DNA of 64,000 nucleotides. It comes from Cyanobacteria bacterium P01_F01_bin.150 (GTDB lineage Bacteria; Cyanobacteriota; Cyanobacteriia; CAKZMO01). Under the pieces are notes generated by a model that had not been told where the DNA came from, did no database searches, and saw only the letters and a program-made list of their open reading frames with translations. Of the stretch, positions 50,648 to 59,702 are shown one piece after another (position 1 is the first letter of the stretch; the number at the start of each line of letters is the position of its first letter). The position numbers and the translations under genes were made by a program. The stretch is from assembly GCA_039189765.1 (NCBI GenBank), contig JBCCYL010000014.1, forward strand, positions 1 to 64,000. The letters run 5' to 3'.

Positions 50648-51082
50648 TTAAAGGTGGTCTGTCTCAGTTACTGTTGCTCCGAACATCTTGGCGATCTGCT
50701 TGGTTGCGTCTAATCCGCCGGATGGAATGGCGAGCTGTTCATATTCGATTGTTCCGCTACCATCGTCATCCAAAGTTATTCGGACATAAGCGATTTCAGC
50801 GTTTTCGATAGCGTCTACCCAAGATTCAAATTCCCAGGGAGTCTTCAGCGTTGGATCTGTAAATCGTCTTTCTACTGGCGTGCTTTCCCATCGTTTCTGC
50901 CAGTCAAGGAGTTCCTCGGGAGTCGGATGCCAGAAGTTGGTTGCGACAATATCTCCCAGAATCGAGGCAATCTGATCGGCATCCAAACGTTCCTCGGCTT
51001 TTGCCGTTCGCACGTAGTCGAAGAAATTCGTCAACTGTCTGGCATTTTTTGCAGGCAAGTTCCTGAAGCGAACGTACGCCAT
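50648..51082 (-). CDS. Hypothetical protein (cassette-like)
   Basis: 144-aa ORF starting 13 bp after an eroded attC; PWEFESWVDAI and PSGG motifs. Confidence 0.7.
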   Translation of the reverse strand: MAYVRFRNLPAKNARQLTNFFDYVRTAKAEERLDADQIASILGDIVATNFWHPTPEELLDWQKRWESTPVERRFTDPTLKTPWEFESWVDAIENAEIAYVRITLDDDGSGTIEYEQLAIPSGGLDATKQIAKMFGATVTETDHL

Positions 51083-51095
51083 TTTGGATTCAATC

Positions 51096-51189
51096 CTTTA
51101 ATGTTTTTGAGCTTAGTAGACGGTCAAGGCGAGCAAACATAACAAGCATAACTTCGTAGTCCGTATCTGTTGCAATGAGGTTATTAGGC
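51096..51189 (-). mobile_element. Eroded attC site
   Basis: Minus strand GCCTAAT..ATTGCAACAGATACGG...CCGTCT..AAAAAC-ATTAAAG. It is 94 bp long, both core sites are one change from AAC/GTT, and stem pairing is partial. Confidence 0.4.
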
Positions 51190-51433
51190 ATCGCTAGTAC
51201 TACAAACAGCATTGCTGAAAGGTGCTCCCAGCCTTGACCAATATGTCTAAATTGGCGCGATCGCTCTTCTTGCGATTTCACGTTGGCAAGCCTATGTTGG
51301 CAAGCGCTAGACAGATCTATGCGCAACAATATATTGAGTGCTTATTTGGTCAGGCATCAATAGCGTTGGGAGACCAAGGGCTGAATGATAGCGTTCTTGT
51401 TCTAAGAAAGGATTGCTACCATAACCAGCTTCA

Positions 51434-51871
51434 TCAACCGCATTGCCGATGATTAGGATTTTGGGGGAGTTTAAGTTTGTCCAACGTATTTCTTCTATCC
51501 CAGAATGGAACAACAGCAATTATTGATGCTAGGTCATCGCCATTGAGCCACATCATGGTGACTGTCCGAATGCGATCAAGTTCGGCAGTCACAACACAGG
51601 CGTAGTCGCCAATGCCGAATACTCGACCAAGTAGAGTTTCCTTGCCATTGGAAGAGAGATGAACTTCCCAGCATTCTGGTTTTCCACGCCTAAGTCTTCC
51701 CCGCCAAATGAAATCAACAATCCGATCGTCACGCCGAATCAAGAAAAAACTCCAATGTTCGTTTGCTGTAATCGTTGCGCCATTGCCAACCAACTCTTTA
51801 AGAAACGTAATGAACTCAGGGCCAAACGACACCGCTGGAATTGGATTCGGAAATTCATCCGGCCATCGCAT
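51434..51871 (-). CDS. Hypothetical protein
   Basis: ORF from MRWPDEFP (ATG 51871), co-oriented with neighbours. Confidence 0.6.
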   Translation of the reverse strand: MRWPDEFPNPIPAVSFGPEFITFLKELVGNGATITANEHWSFFLIRRDDRIVDFIWRGRLRRGKPECWEVHLSSNGKETLLGRVFGIGDYACVVTAELDRIRTVTMMWLNGDDLASIIAVVPFWDRRNTLDKLKLPQNPNHRQCG

Positions 51872-51884
51872 GGGCTTATAGAAA

Positions 51885-53447
51885 TTATTCACTAACAGCA
51901 ACCCTTTCATTTGGGTAGTCGAATTCAATGACAGAATCGCTACCGACTTCTTGAAAGGAAAAGCGTTTTATAGAGTTTTGATAGTAATTTTGTGTATATT
52001 CTTGGAAAAACACTAAAACAATAATTTGGTATGCGTTTTCTTTGGATAGTTCTAACCTTCGGCCTCCTTTCCATCTAATATTTGGTTCTAGTATTTCATA
52101 GTCCAGCTCTGTTATTGGGCTAGAGTCTTCAGTGCTTGTAAACCAAAACCGAATTACATTACGGCCTGATTCAATGTCTGAAATGTAATGGACAAAGGGA
52201 TCGTTTCCAATACGAGATTCTTTCGGTGCCGGAGGGTTAACGTCTATAGTTGGGTCACCCACTTCTCCAGTTGCACCTTCTAAGGGTATTTTGGGTTCCT
52301 GAATCGTATAGAACTGATCACCGCCAATCCAGAGTTCATTATCAGAATGCCCCCAAATTGTATTTACGGAGAGAGAAGTCGCCCCTGAAACATTGATCCA
52401 TTCACCATTCCCATTAGACCAGAGAATTGTGCCCTGTAGCCCAACGACATAGATGGATTGAGGATTCAAGCCCCAAACAGCCGTGAGCTGTTGATTGTAC
52501 TTTAGTTGTCTGGTCCATTGACCATCGCCTTGGGAATAGAAAATAGACCCTAATCTGGTGACTGCATAGAATGCGCCTTGCCCGTTTCCCCAAATAGAGT
52601 CAAAGTCCTCTTGGGTATCTGACTCCTCTAGGACCCAAATACCACCTTGATTGCGGCGTATGATTTTACCTTTTTCACCCACCACAAATACGTTGTTTTG
52701 ATCACCACTGACCCCAAAAAAGTCAACGTCAACAGGGCTTGGCTCTTGAGTCCAGCTTCCCTCCCCGGGGGAAACTAAAATCGTTTGGTCAAATCCAACC
52801 GCAAAAATCTGTTGAGCACCTCCAGGAGATTCTCGTCCCCAAACTGCATTGAGAGCCTTGGTTACGGGAGTCGAATTTAGTTGCCATTGGGACTGACCCG
52901 GTTGGCGACTTAAAATGGTTCCTTTGCCGCCAACCGCATAAATTTTATGTTGGCGATCGCCCCAAATCCCAGAAAACCGTGGGCCATTAAACAGAGTTTG
53001 ACTCCACTGGCCCTGTTCACGGGACCATAACTGTTCCCAATTGGCAGAGGTAACAGTATGCTCATTCCCCCATAACCCCATAACGGGTTCCATATGGGCA
53101 GCAGATTCATGATGCCACTGTGTGCCATCCCAGTGCCAAATATCACCAAAGGTATAATAGCCTGGCGGTAAGTTGGCTGGAGGTTGCCTAACCGCTGGGA
53201 AGGGAGGCAAATTACACTGGAATTCTTCTGGGGCTATTGGAGGTTGTTGTAGGGGTGGAGCTACCGATGGTGTGGATTCAGGAGACTGTGGGCTGTGTTG
53301 TTTTACAGTGGATGATTTATTGAAGGGTTTCAAGATCCCTTTCAAGACTCTCCTTACAACCCAAATGGCTGCGCCAATAATGGCTAAAATGATTCCTAAA
53401 CCAATGCCAATAATGATTAGGCCAATAATTCCTTCTACCAACCTCAT
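51885..53447 (-). CDS. Membrane-anchored beta-propeller protein (WG-x-AVG repeats) with Pro-rich stalk
   Basis: N-terminal TM helix, Pro-rich linker, repeats like LNAVWG....IFAVG..GTIL. RBS GGAGG. Confidence 0.75.
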   Translation of the reverse strand: MRLVEGIIGLIIIGIGLGIILAIIGAAIWVVRRVLKGILKPFNKSSTVKQHSPQSPESTPSVAPPLQQPPIAPEEFQCNLPPFPAVRQPPANLPPGYYTFGDIWHWDGTQWHHESAAHMEPVMGLWGNEHTVTSANWEQLWSREQGQWSQTLFNGPRFSGIWGDRQHKIYAVGGKGTILSRQPGQSQWQLNSTPVTKALNAVWGRESPGGAQQIFAVGFDQTILVSPGEGSWTQEPSPVDVDFFGVSGDQNNVFVVGEKGKIIRRNQGGIWVLEESDTQEDFDSIWGNGQGAFYAVTRLGSIFYSQGDGQWTRQLKYNQQLTAVWGLNPQSIYVVGLQGTILWSNGNGEWINVSGATSLSVNTIWGHSDNELWIGGDQFYTIQEPKIPLEGATGEVGDPTIDVNPPAPKESRIGNDPFVHYISDIESGRNVIRFWFTSTEDSSPITELDYEILEPNIRWKGGRRLELSKENAYQIIVLVFFQEYTQNYYQNSIKRFSFQEVGSDSVIEFDYPNERVAVSE

Positions 53448-53641
53448 ACCTCCGATTTATTAACGTAATTGTAGTTTTCGATTTATGCAAGAAGCTTAAT
53501 CGACCATGGTAGCTAAATTTTGATAAATACCAACCCATTCCCTATTAAGATTATTAGTCAGTAATACTCTACAAATAAATGTTCGTGATGATAGTGACCA
53601 GATCACTTATCTGGAATTTGGGTTCTGGTCACTGCATTATG

Positions 53642-53944
53642 TCATCGCCATTCGATTGCCCCGCTTAAGAAGTCAAGGACTGGCATCATAATTGCTGTTC
53701 TTGTGCCATCTGGATTTTCAATGAACCATTCATCAAACAGTTCATCTTCGAAGGGTGGATCTTCGGTAATGCCGTTTTCGGTTTTCGATTCGCGGCCAAT
53801 CCATTCAAGGAAGTCGCGGATTTGCGGTTCCATGTCTGCGGCGACGAATTTGCCGCAAGCCCATGGGAAATCTGCCCAGTCCACGTCGGTAATGGTTGCG
53901 ATCAATTGATTGCCCCAGAGTAAGCGATGAGTGTTGTGTAACAT
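53642..53944 (-). CDS. Hypothetical protein
   Basis: 100-aa ORF (DFPWACG...IEWR) followed by a 10-bp inverted repeat at 53593-53633. Confidence 0.65.
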   Translation of the reverse strand: MLHNTHRLLWGNQLIATITDVDWADFPWACGKFVAADMEPQIRDFLEWIGRESKTENGITEDPPFEDELFDEWFIENPDGTRTAIMMPVLDFLSGAIEWR

Positions 53945-53945
53945 T

Positions 53946-54407
53946 TTACGCTGGCGACTTCAAAATTGTCTCGACTTGTTCACGGATCTGTGGGGAGCAA
54001 CTCAAGATTGATAATTCTATAGTTGCACAGCCTCTCCTTATCATATCGAAGAAGAATGCTTCCGACTGATCAACGGATTGAAATGCCTGCTCTCCATCAT
54101 CCCAATTAGGGGACAAGTTGAATTCATAACGGATGGACTGTCCGTTATGTTCGACAATAAGCCATCTTGAAGCATCATTCGACGCCATAAACTTGGCAAG
54201 ACATGTTTCCATCTGAAATAATTCGAGAAAATGTGTTAGCGGCACCGTTAGGAGTTTCGATCTTTCCAGTACGACGGCATCTAATTCGTCAGCAAGGTAG
54301 ACATCATCATGGTGGAGTATAGCGATCTTATAGACAGACTCCTCAACATCCTCCCAGCTCTCTTCAGCAGGATAGTCAGAGCAGCTTGTGATGGAAATCC
54401 AAGACAC
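53946..54407 (-). CDS. Hypothetical protein
   Basis: 153-aa acidic ORF with a GTG start abutting the end of repeat copy 2. Confidence 0.6.
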   Translation of the reverse strand: MSWISITSCSDYPAEESWEDVEESVYKIAILHHDDVYLADELDAVVLERSKLLTVPLTHFLELFQMETCLAKFMASNDASRWLIVEHNGQSIRYEFNLSPNWDDGEQAFQSVDQSEAFFFDMIRRGCATIELSILSCSPQIREQVETILKSPA

Positions 54408-54412
54408 TAAAC

Positions 54413-54658
54413 CGCCTTCCCTGCTACATATCGATATTGTTATCAGCGCGATCGCCCCTCTTGCAACTTCACGTGGGCGATCGCATTTCCTTCAGTTATT
54501 ACCAGCGAGATAAAGGGGGGAGATTGGCTTGCGGCAGGGAAGACGCGATCGCCTCCTCCAAAATAGACTGAACGGAGGCGTTGGGTTACCTTTAATTGCA
54601 CATATCGCTTATTCGCTCTGACCTCCGCGCTGTGAAGGCCAACCTTGCGTATTTGGGA
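54413..54658. repeat. HIP1-ladder non-coding repeat, copy 2
   Basis: HIP1 at 54448, 54477 and 54545. Abuts the attC R' site at 54659. Confidence 0.9.
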
Positions 54659-54747
54659 AGATAACGCTTTGGTTCACCTGTGGCAGACAGCCTCACGATT
54701 CTAACCAGCGACTATCTGCGTCATCAGGTGCAACCGGATAGTTAGGC
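54659..54747 (-). mobile_element. Integron attC site
   Basis: Minus strand: GCCTAAC-TATCC-GGTT[G]CACCTG...GCAGATAG / CTGTCTGC..CAGGTGAACC-AAAGC-GTTATCT. R''/R' cores, L boxes with an extrahelical G, 89 bp, 23 bp after the upstream gene's stop. Confidence 0.88.
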
Positions 54748-54770
54748 TGCAATCACTAGAACATCTGTGA

Positions 54771-55157
54771 TTATTTGGTTGCATTGACGACTGCCAAAGT
54801 ATCAATATACTGCCTAAATTTCACTACCTTGCCATCTTTTAATGTCCAAATGGAAGCCGTCGGTGCCCTCATCGTCTGACCAGTTGCTTTATAGGTGCCA
54901 CTATCAGTCCCAAGGGTCACTACAACATCACCTGCATCGATGAATTGATCCACATGGGCCGTGAAGTTATCCCACTCTGCACCAATCTTAGCGAAGACTC
55001 CATTCATGACGGCTTCGTATCCTTTGAAAATACCACCGTAAGGAATTCCATCTGATTCAATCCATTCTACAGAGGGATCCAACAATGCACATACTGAATC
55101 ACTATCACCTTCCGCAAATGCTTTATAAAGGCGCTTAATGACATCAACGTTGCTCAT
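54771..55157 (-). CDS. SnoaL/ketosteroid-isomerase-like NTF2 protein (gene cassette)
   Basis: NVDVIKRLYKAFAEGD..LDP.VEW...PYGG...WTLKDGKVVKFRQYIDT. RBS GGAG; followed by attC. Confidence 0.88.
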   Translation of the reverse strand: MSNVDVIKRLYKAFAEGDSDSVCALLDPSVEWIESDGIPYGGIFKGYEAVMNGVFAKIGAEWDNFTAHVDQFIDAGDVVVTLGTDSGTYKATGQTMRAPTASIWTLKDGKVVKFRQYIDTLAVVNATK

Positions 55158-55229
55158 GAATTATCTCCCCATTCATTTGACAATATATCGTTCATTCTCT
55201 CTGTGTAGTACCTCACTAATACTTCTGCT

Positions 55230-55310
55230 GTTGGGTAAAGGAGTGAGTTTTAGATATGTTCTTCACCCTTCCCTCAGAACCGTAAGTACAACTTTCACTG
55301 TATACCACTC
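55230..55310 (-). mobile_element. Group II intron 3' remnant (domains V-VI)
   Basis: Minus strand GAGTGGTATACAGTGAAAGTTGTACTTACGGTTCTGAGGGAAGGG resembles DV (GAGCCG..GAAA..CGTACGGTTC). It is followed by a DVI-like hairpin ending TTACCCAAC. The catalytic AGC is altered and there is no RT ORF. Confidence 0.7.
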
Positions 55311-55344
55311 AAGCAATATCTTGAAATAGCGTAACCTTTCCGTG

Positions 55345-55545
55345 GATCATGATGAAAACGTCAACAAAGCGGTTTGCTAAAGATTCTGGGGGCCAAGAAT
55401 CGTCCGGCACAATTGCTTCAGCAATTGCCAGACTCATTTGTGTATCGTCGGTGTATTGTCTAGGGCGAGTACCATGTTTCGGATGCTGGATATAACTTGA
55501 TAAATTGTTGTACTTCAGGATTGATGCCGAAGCATAACTCCTACC
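55345..55545 (-). pseudogene. ADP-ribosylglycohydrolase N-terminal fragment
   Basis: YTDDTQMSLAIAEAI...LANRFV motif; truncated on both sides. Confidence 0.7.
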
Positions 55546-55621
55546 GAACAAAACAAACCTATGTGCAGTGAATTTATCGTCACATAATTTTCCACAATAA
55601 ATTTCACTGCATTTGCAACGT

Positions 55622-55900
55622 CTTCAACACAATCAGCAAGGGCGATCGCATTCTTTGCCACACACCGATGCTGTCATCAACGCGATCGCCCTTCTTTCAA
55701 CTTTACGTAGGCGATCGCATTTCCTTCAATTATTACCAGCGAGATCAAGGGGGTTGGATTCTGGTGTGGGGAGGAGGGAGCGATCGCCTACTCAAAAATG
55801 GTCTGAATGGACACATTGCTTTACCTAAAAATTGCACATATCGTCTATGCGCTCTGGCCTCCGTGCTGTGAAGAGTCGCTTAGCATATTTTTATTTTTGA
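55622..55900. repeat. HIP1-ladder non-coding repeat, copy 3
   Basis: HIP1 at 55642, 55682, 55711 and 55780. Abuts the attC R' site at 55901. Confidence 0.9.
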
Positions 55901-55999
55901 GAATAACGCTAAGGATCATCGGCATCATGAGCAAATTATGACCGATTCTTGCTTGAAACGCGACTGCCCATGATGTCCGAATGCATCCGATGGTTGGGT
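55901..55999 (-). mobile_element. Integron attC site
   Basis: Minus strand: ACCCAAC-CATC-GGAT[G]CAT[T]CGG[A]CATCATGGGCAG / TTGCTCATGATG-CCG-ATGATCC-TTAGC-GTTATTC. It is 99 bp long with extrahelical bases on one arm. Confidence 0.88.
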
Positions 56000-56060
56000 G
56001 GGCGACGAATCAGTCCTGGCCTAGCTCCCGTCCACCGAAGGACGGTTTCCACCCACATTT

Positions 56061-57071
56061 CTATAGGTCATTCAGGATTTCCTGAAGGTCACTTGCAGGG
56101 TATGGGGTGGTGAGGTTTTCCATGAGTTGATGGTAGAAGGCTCCCAGTCTCATGACCAGAGGAACTCTTCTTTTGAGATAGGAGCAAATGGTAACAGGCA
56201 CAGCTTCGACTGAACCGTGGTCAGCATCAGTCAATTCTTGCAGTGCTTGTCGCCAATCTTCCCTCGAATTATAGTGGTTGACAATCGTATAAACGAGGCT
56301 ATTAAGAGCGGTGCAAGTATCAAAGTTCTGATGCTCGTCGAAGAACTGTCGTTCGCCAGAATCAAGTTGGAACTTGTTTGAGAGTACAAGTCCGTAGTCT
56401 GCGAGAAAAAGCTGTTTGCCGTCGGTGAGGATGTTATCGAAGTGAGCATCCATATGAATAAAGCCTTGAGAGTTGATGAACGACAGTATTTCAGTCAAAC
56501 TTGATTCAAGTTTTTCAACAATCGCAATAGGATCGGAGCAATGCAACAACTGCTCTCGTAGCCATTGATTGAGAGTATAAGGGCAATGTTCCAGGAACAT
56601 CACCACAGAATGAGTTGCTTCGGTAATCGAGGCGATCCGTCGGTGGATCGCTTCGCAGTTTTCCCAAAGCCGTATATTTATCCTGTCATCGTAGTTAGTG
56701 TGGACGATCGGTAAAACGCGCCAGTGATGTAGCAATGGAAATTGAGTACATTGCCTGGATATCACCCACATGTTTGCAAGAAGGTGGGCCTTGATTTCTC
56801 GCCAAGCGCCAAAACCACAGCTACCGATACGATACTGATAATAGGTTGGAAGTTGAAAGACGTTAGCGGTCGATTGATAATTTTGGAGCTGCATTTCAAA
56901 GTTTGACAAAGGTACCAGTTTGACAAAAACATTGACGCCGCCACACCGAAAGGCAACCGTTCCGTATCCTATCTCTTGTATTTGTGGATCGTTTAGTAAA
57001 CGCAGCAGGTCTTCGTCACTCCAAGATTGGAGTTCATCAGCAATGCCTGCATGGGATTCAACGCGAATCAT
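56061..57071 (-). CDS. Protein-kinase-like fold protein (gene cassette)
   Basis: GYG, VFVK.VP, HMDAHFDNIL and LADYGL (catalytic loop and DFG equivalents). Followed by attC. Confidence 0.8.
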   Translation of the reverse strand: MIRVESHAGIADELQSWSDEDLLRLLNDPQIQEIGYGTVAFRCGGVNVFVKLVPLSNFEMQLQNYQSTANVFQLPTYYQYRIGSCGFGAWREIKAHLLANMWVISRQCTQFPLLHHWRVLPIVHTNYDDRINIRLWENCEAIHRRIASITEATHSVVMFLEHCPYTLNQWLREQLLHCSDPIAIVEKLESSLTEILSFINSQGFIHMDAHFDNILTDGKQLFLADYGLVLSNKFQLDSGERQFFDEHQNFDTCTALNSLVYTIVNHYNSREDWRQALQELTDADHGSVEAVPVTICSYLKRRVPLVMRLGAFYHQLMENLTTPYPASDLQEILNDL

Positions 57072-57511
57072 TTAATTCAGGTGTTTAATCAAAGCACGAT
57101 CATGCCGTTGACTTTCCTCGGTTTGGGTGTGCTGGGGGCAGCGTTTGCCTTTGGCGTCTTCGACGAGGGCGGGCAGAGCCGCCCGTTGGGGAGACGGTAG
57201 CCGCAACGCTTCAACCCTTTAGCACCCCTTGTCTTAGGACGTATCGGCAATTCCACTGTACAAGATGTGACCAGACTTAAGGTAATAATAGGAGTTATAG
57301 CGATCACTTCAATGTGAATCGTGTTTCAATACAGGCGATCGCTAGTGACTAATGGGGAATCTACAAGGAAATATTTTTTTGACAAGAGGATTTTTAGTCC
57401 AAATCGCACGGAACTCTTTTCTATGGCATGATCCCCAATAGTAATTTTTTGGGGTGATTTTGTTGCGTTTACCCTGAATACATTGGAAATAACCTGAATC
57501 AAACAAACCTA

Positions 57512-59353
57512 GTGAACAGTCCCTCAAACTCGTCAAACCGTTTACAACGCAACCTGAGCCGCTATTCTGCGGCAGGAGTTTTTTGTATCAGTTTAGTGGT
57601 GGCATTGGTTAGTGTCATTCCCCTCTACAACAAGCTTAAAACAGCTCAGGAGCAAGACCTCCAGGCTAAACTGAGTAACCGAACGTTGGCGGCTGAACAG
57701 GTGCAGCAAAGTAAGATTGAGGTTGCTGAACAAGTCACAAGTCGGACCTTTGCCCGAAAGATGCTTTCTGACTATGTCCAGGGCGAGGCAAGCTTGACTG
57801 AGTTGCGAGAACTTAGTTTATTTGATTTAGAAGATGCGATAAATCAAAGCGATTCACTAGTGGGTGTTAGTCGCTTCGATCACACTAACCAACTCCTGGT
57901 TCATGTCGGTGTTGACTCTCCCCTGGCACTCTCAGACATTCTCAAAGAGGAGACTGACGAGTCCATAACGGTTGGCCCAATCACGATTGATAATCACCCC
58001 CATCTCTTGGTGAGTAGCCCCATTTTTTCTGAGCAGCAAGAGCGGATTGGCCGAGATATTGCTGTGTTTAGAATGTTCAATATGGAAAGGCTCGTTGCGG
58101 AATACAGCGGTCTGGGGGAGACAGGCGAAATGCTCTTGGCCCAAGGGAAAGGGGACACCTTAGCGTTGTTCTTTCCTTTGCGAAACGGCTCACAGGTGCT
58201 GCCGGAACGCTTGGTGCCTTTACTCAAAGATGCGATCGCCCAAGATGCAGCAGAAATTGAACATTACGACAGTCAGGTCATTGCCTTTCAGGCCTTGCCG
58301 AATACTGGCTGGATCATTGCGGTGCAGATGGAGCGTCAGGAACTGTATGGTGCAGTGAACCGAGATTTGTTTTTTGTCGGTCTGGCAGTATTTGCGGTCA
58401 GCACGATCGCCACAGTTGGGTTGGTTTTTGTGTTGCGTCCCTTGATTGGACGGGTTACGGATGCTGATGAATTAGAGAAAGAAGTGCTTGCCAAGACAAT
58501 AGCCTTTGAGGAACTCAAACAAATCCAAATTCAATTAGTCCAGGCCGAAAAAATGTCAAGCCTGGGTCAATTAGTGGCAGGCGTTGCTCATGAGATCAAC
58601 AACCCAGTTGGGTTCTTGAAAGGGAATATTCAACCTGCCCAGGACTATGTGCAAGATTTACTCGGACTTATTGACTTGTATCAAGAAAAAGTGCCCAATC
58701 CTGATGCAGACATTAAAGATGAAATTGAAGAGATTGATTTGGAGTTTGTGCGAGAAGATTTACCCAATATTATCAACTCAATGAATGCAGGGGTAGATCG
58801 CATTCGTAATATCAGTGATGGTTTGCGTATCTTCTCTCGTCAGGATCAAGATCATAAGACAGCATTTGATCTCCATGAGGGCATTGATAGTACACTACTC
58901 ATCCTTAAGCATCGAACCAAAGCCAATGAACAGCGGCCAGAAGTTGAAGTCATCAAGAACTATGGTGAGCTGCCGGAAGTGCAATGCTTTCCAGGTCAAT
59001 TAAATCAGGTGTTTATGAATGTCTTGGCCAATGATATTGATGCCTTTGATGAGACGAATCGAGGCAAAACATTCCAGGAGATTAAAGCTGATCCCAATAT
59101 AATTATGATTACCACTTTAATGGTTGATAAACAGGTGCAAATTCAGATCCAAGACAATGCCTGTGGGATGAAGCCGGAAACGATTGAACGAATTTTTGAG
59201 CAGGGATTTACCACCAAAGAAGTTGGCAAAGGAACCGGTTTGGGGATGGCGATCGCGCATCAAATCATCACGGAGAAGCATAGTGGCTCGATCGAATGCA
59301 GCTCAGAGCTTGGCAAGGGAACAATCTTCACAATCACATTCCCCATTGTCTAG
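57512..59353 (+). CDS. Membrane sensor histidine kinase (Cache-like periplasmic domain)
   Basis: Two TM helices, QAEKMSSLGQLVAGVAHEINNP, LNQVFMN, FTTK.VGKGTGLG. No partner response regulator adjacent. Confidence 0.92.
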   Translation: MNSPSNSSNRLQRNLSRYSAAGVFCISLVVALVSVIPLYNKLKTAQEQDLQAKLSNRTLAAEQVQQSKIEVAEQVTSRTFARKMLSDYVQGEASLTELRELSLFDLEDAINQSDSLVGVSRFDHTNQLLVHVGVDSPLALSDILKEETDESITVGPITIDNHPHLLVSSPIFSEQQERIGRDIAVFRMFNMERLVAEYSGLGETGEMLLAQGKGDTLALFFPLRNGSQVLPERLVPLLKDAIAQDAAEIEHYDSQVIAFQALPNTGWIIAVQMERQELYGAVNRDLFFVGLAVFAVSTIATVGLVFVLRPLIGRVTDADELEKEVLAKTIAFEELKQIQIQLVQAEKMSSLGQLVAGVAHEINNPVGFLKGNIQPAQDYVQDLLGLIDLYQEKVPNPDADIKDEIEEIDLEFVREDLPNIINSMNAGVDRIRNISDGLRIFSRQDQDHKTAFDLHEGIDSTLLILKHRTKANEQRPEVEVIKNYGELPEVQCFPGQLNQVFMNVLANDIDAFDETNRGKTFQEIKADPNIIMITTLMVDKQVQIQIQDNACGMKPETIERIFEQGFTTKEVGKGTGLGMAIAHQIITEKHSGSIECSSELGKGTIFTITFPIV

Positions 59354-59354
59354 A

Positions 59355-59677
59355 CATCACCATCCTCAGCACAACAGCAGAGAATCCTCGTAAAGCCACA
59401 ATCGATCTTCATCCGTAAGACACCAGTTCGGACTCAACAACCAAGATCGAGCCTCACCGATCGACGCCACACAAGGCGATCGCCCACCGCCTTATCATCG
59501 CTGCTAATAAATCTGCTCTCAGGGCGCGACGAGACCTTAGAGATATTAACATTCAGCACAACCAGCAAGGGCGATCGCCTTCTTTGCCACACACCGATAC
59601 TGTCATCAGCGCGATCGCCCCTCTTCCAACTTCACGTAGGCGATCGCATTTCCTTCAATTATTACCAGCGAGATAAC
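59355..59677. repeat. HIP1-ladder non-coding repeat, copy 4
   Basis: HIP1 at 59476, 59571, 59611 and 59640. Ends at GAGATAAC (GTTATCT on the minus strand). Confidence 0.9.
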
Positions 59678-59702
59678 GTCAATTCCAGTATTACTAGATG
59701 AT

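Noticed and set aside
50350..55871. Short ORFs 50350-50532, 55613-55828 and 55668-55871 over the HIP1 repeat
   Set aside because: Frames, starts and stops are not conserved among the four copies, so the repeat is treated as non-coding.
57089..57307. 72-aa ORF over a GC-rich patch upstream of the kinase-like gene
   Set aside because: No recognisable family or RBS. It may be a fragment of another gene but cannot be supported.
50365..59677. HIP1-ladder repeats or attC sites as a CRISPR array
   Set aside because: The units are hundreds of bp long, diverged and separated by genes. There is no 25-45 bp repeat/spacer periodicity and no cas gene.
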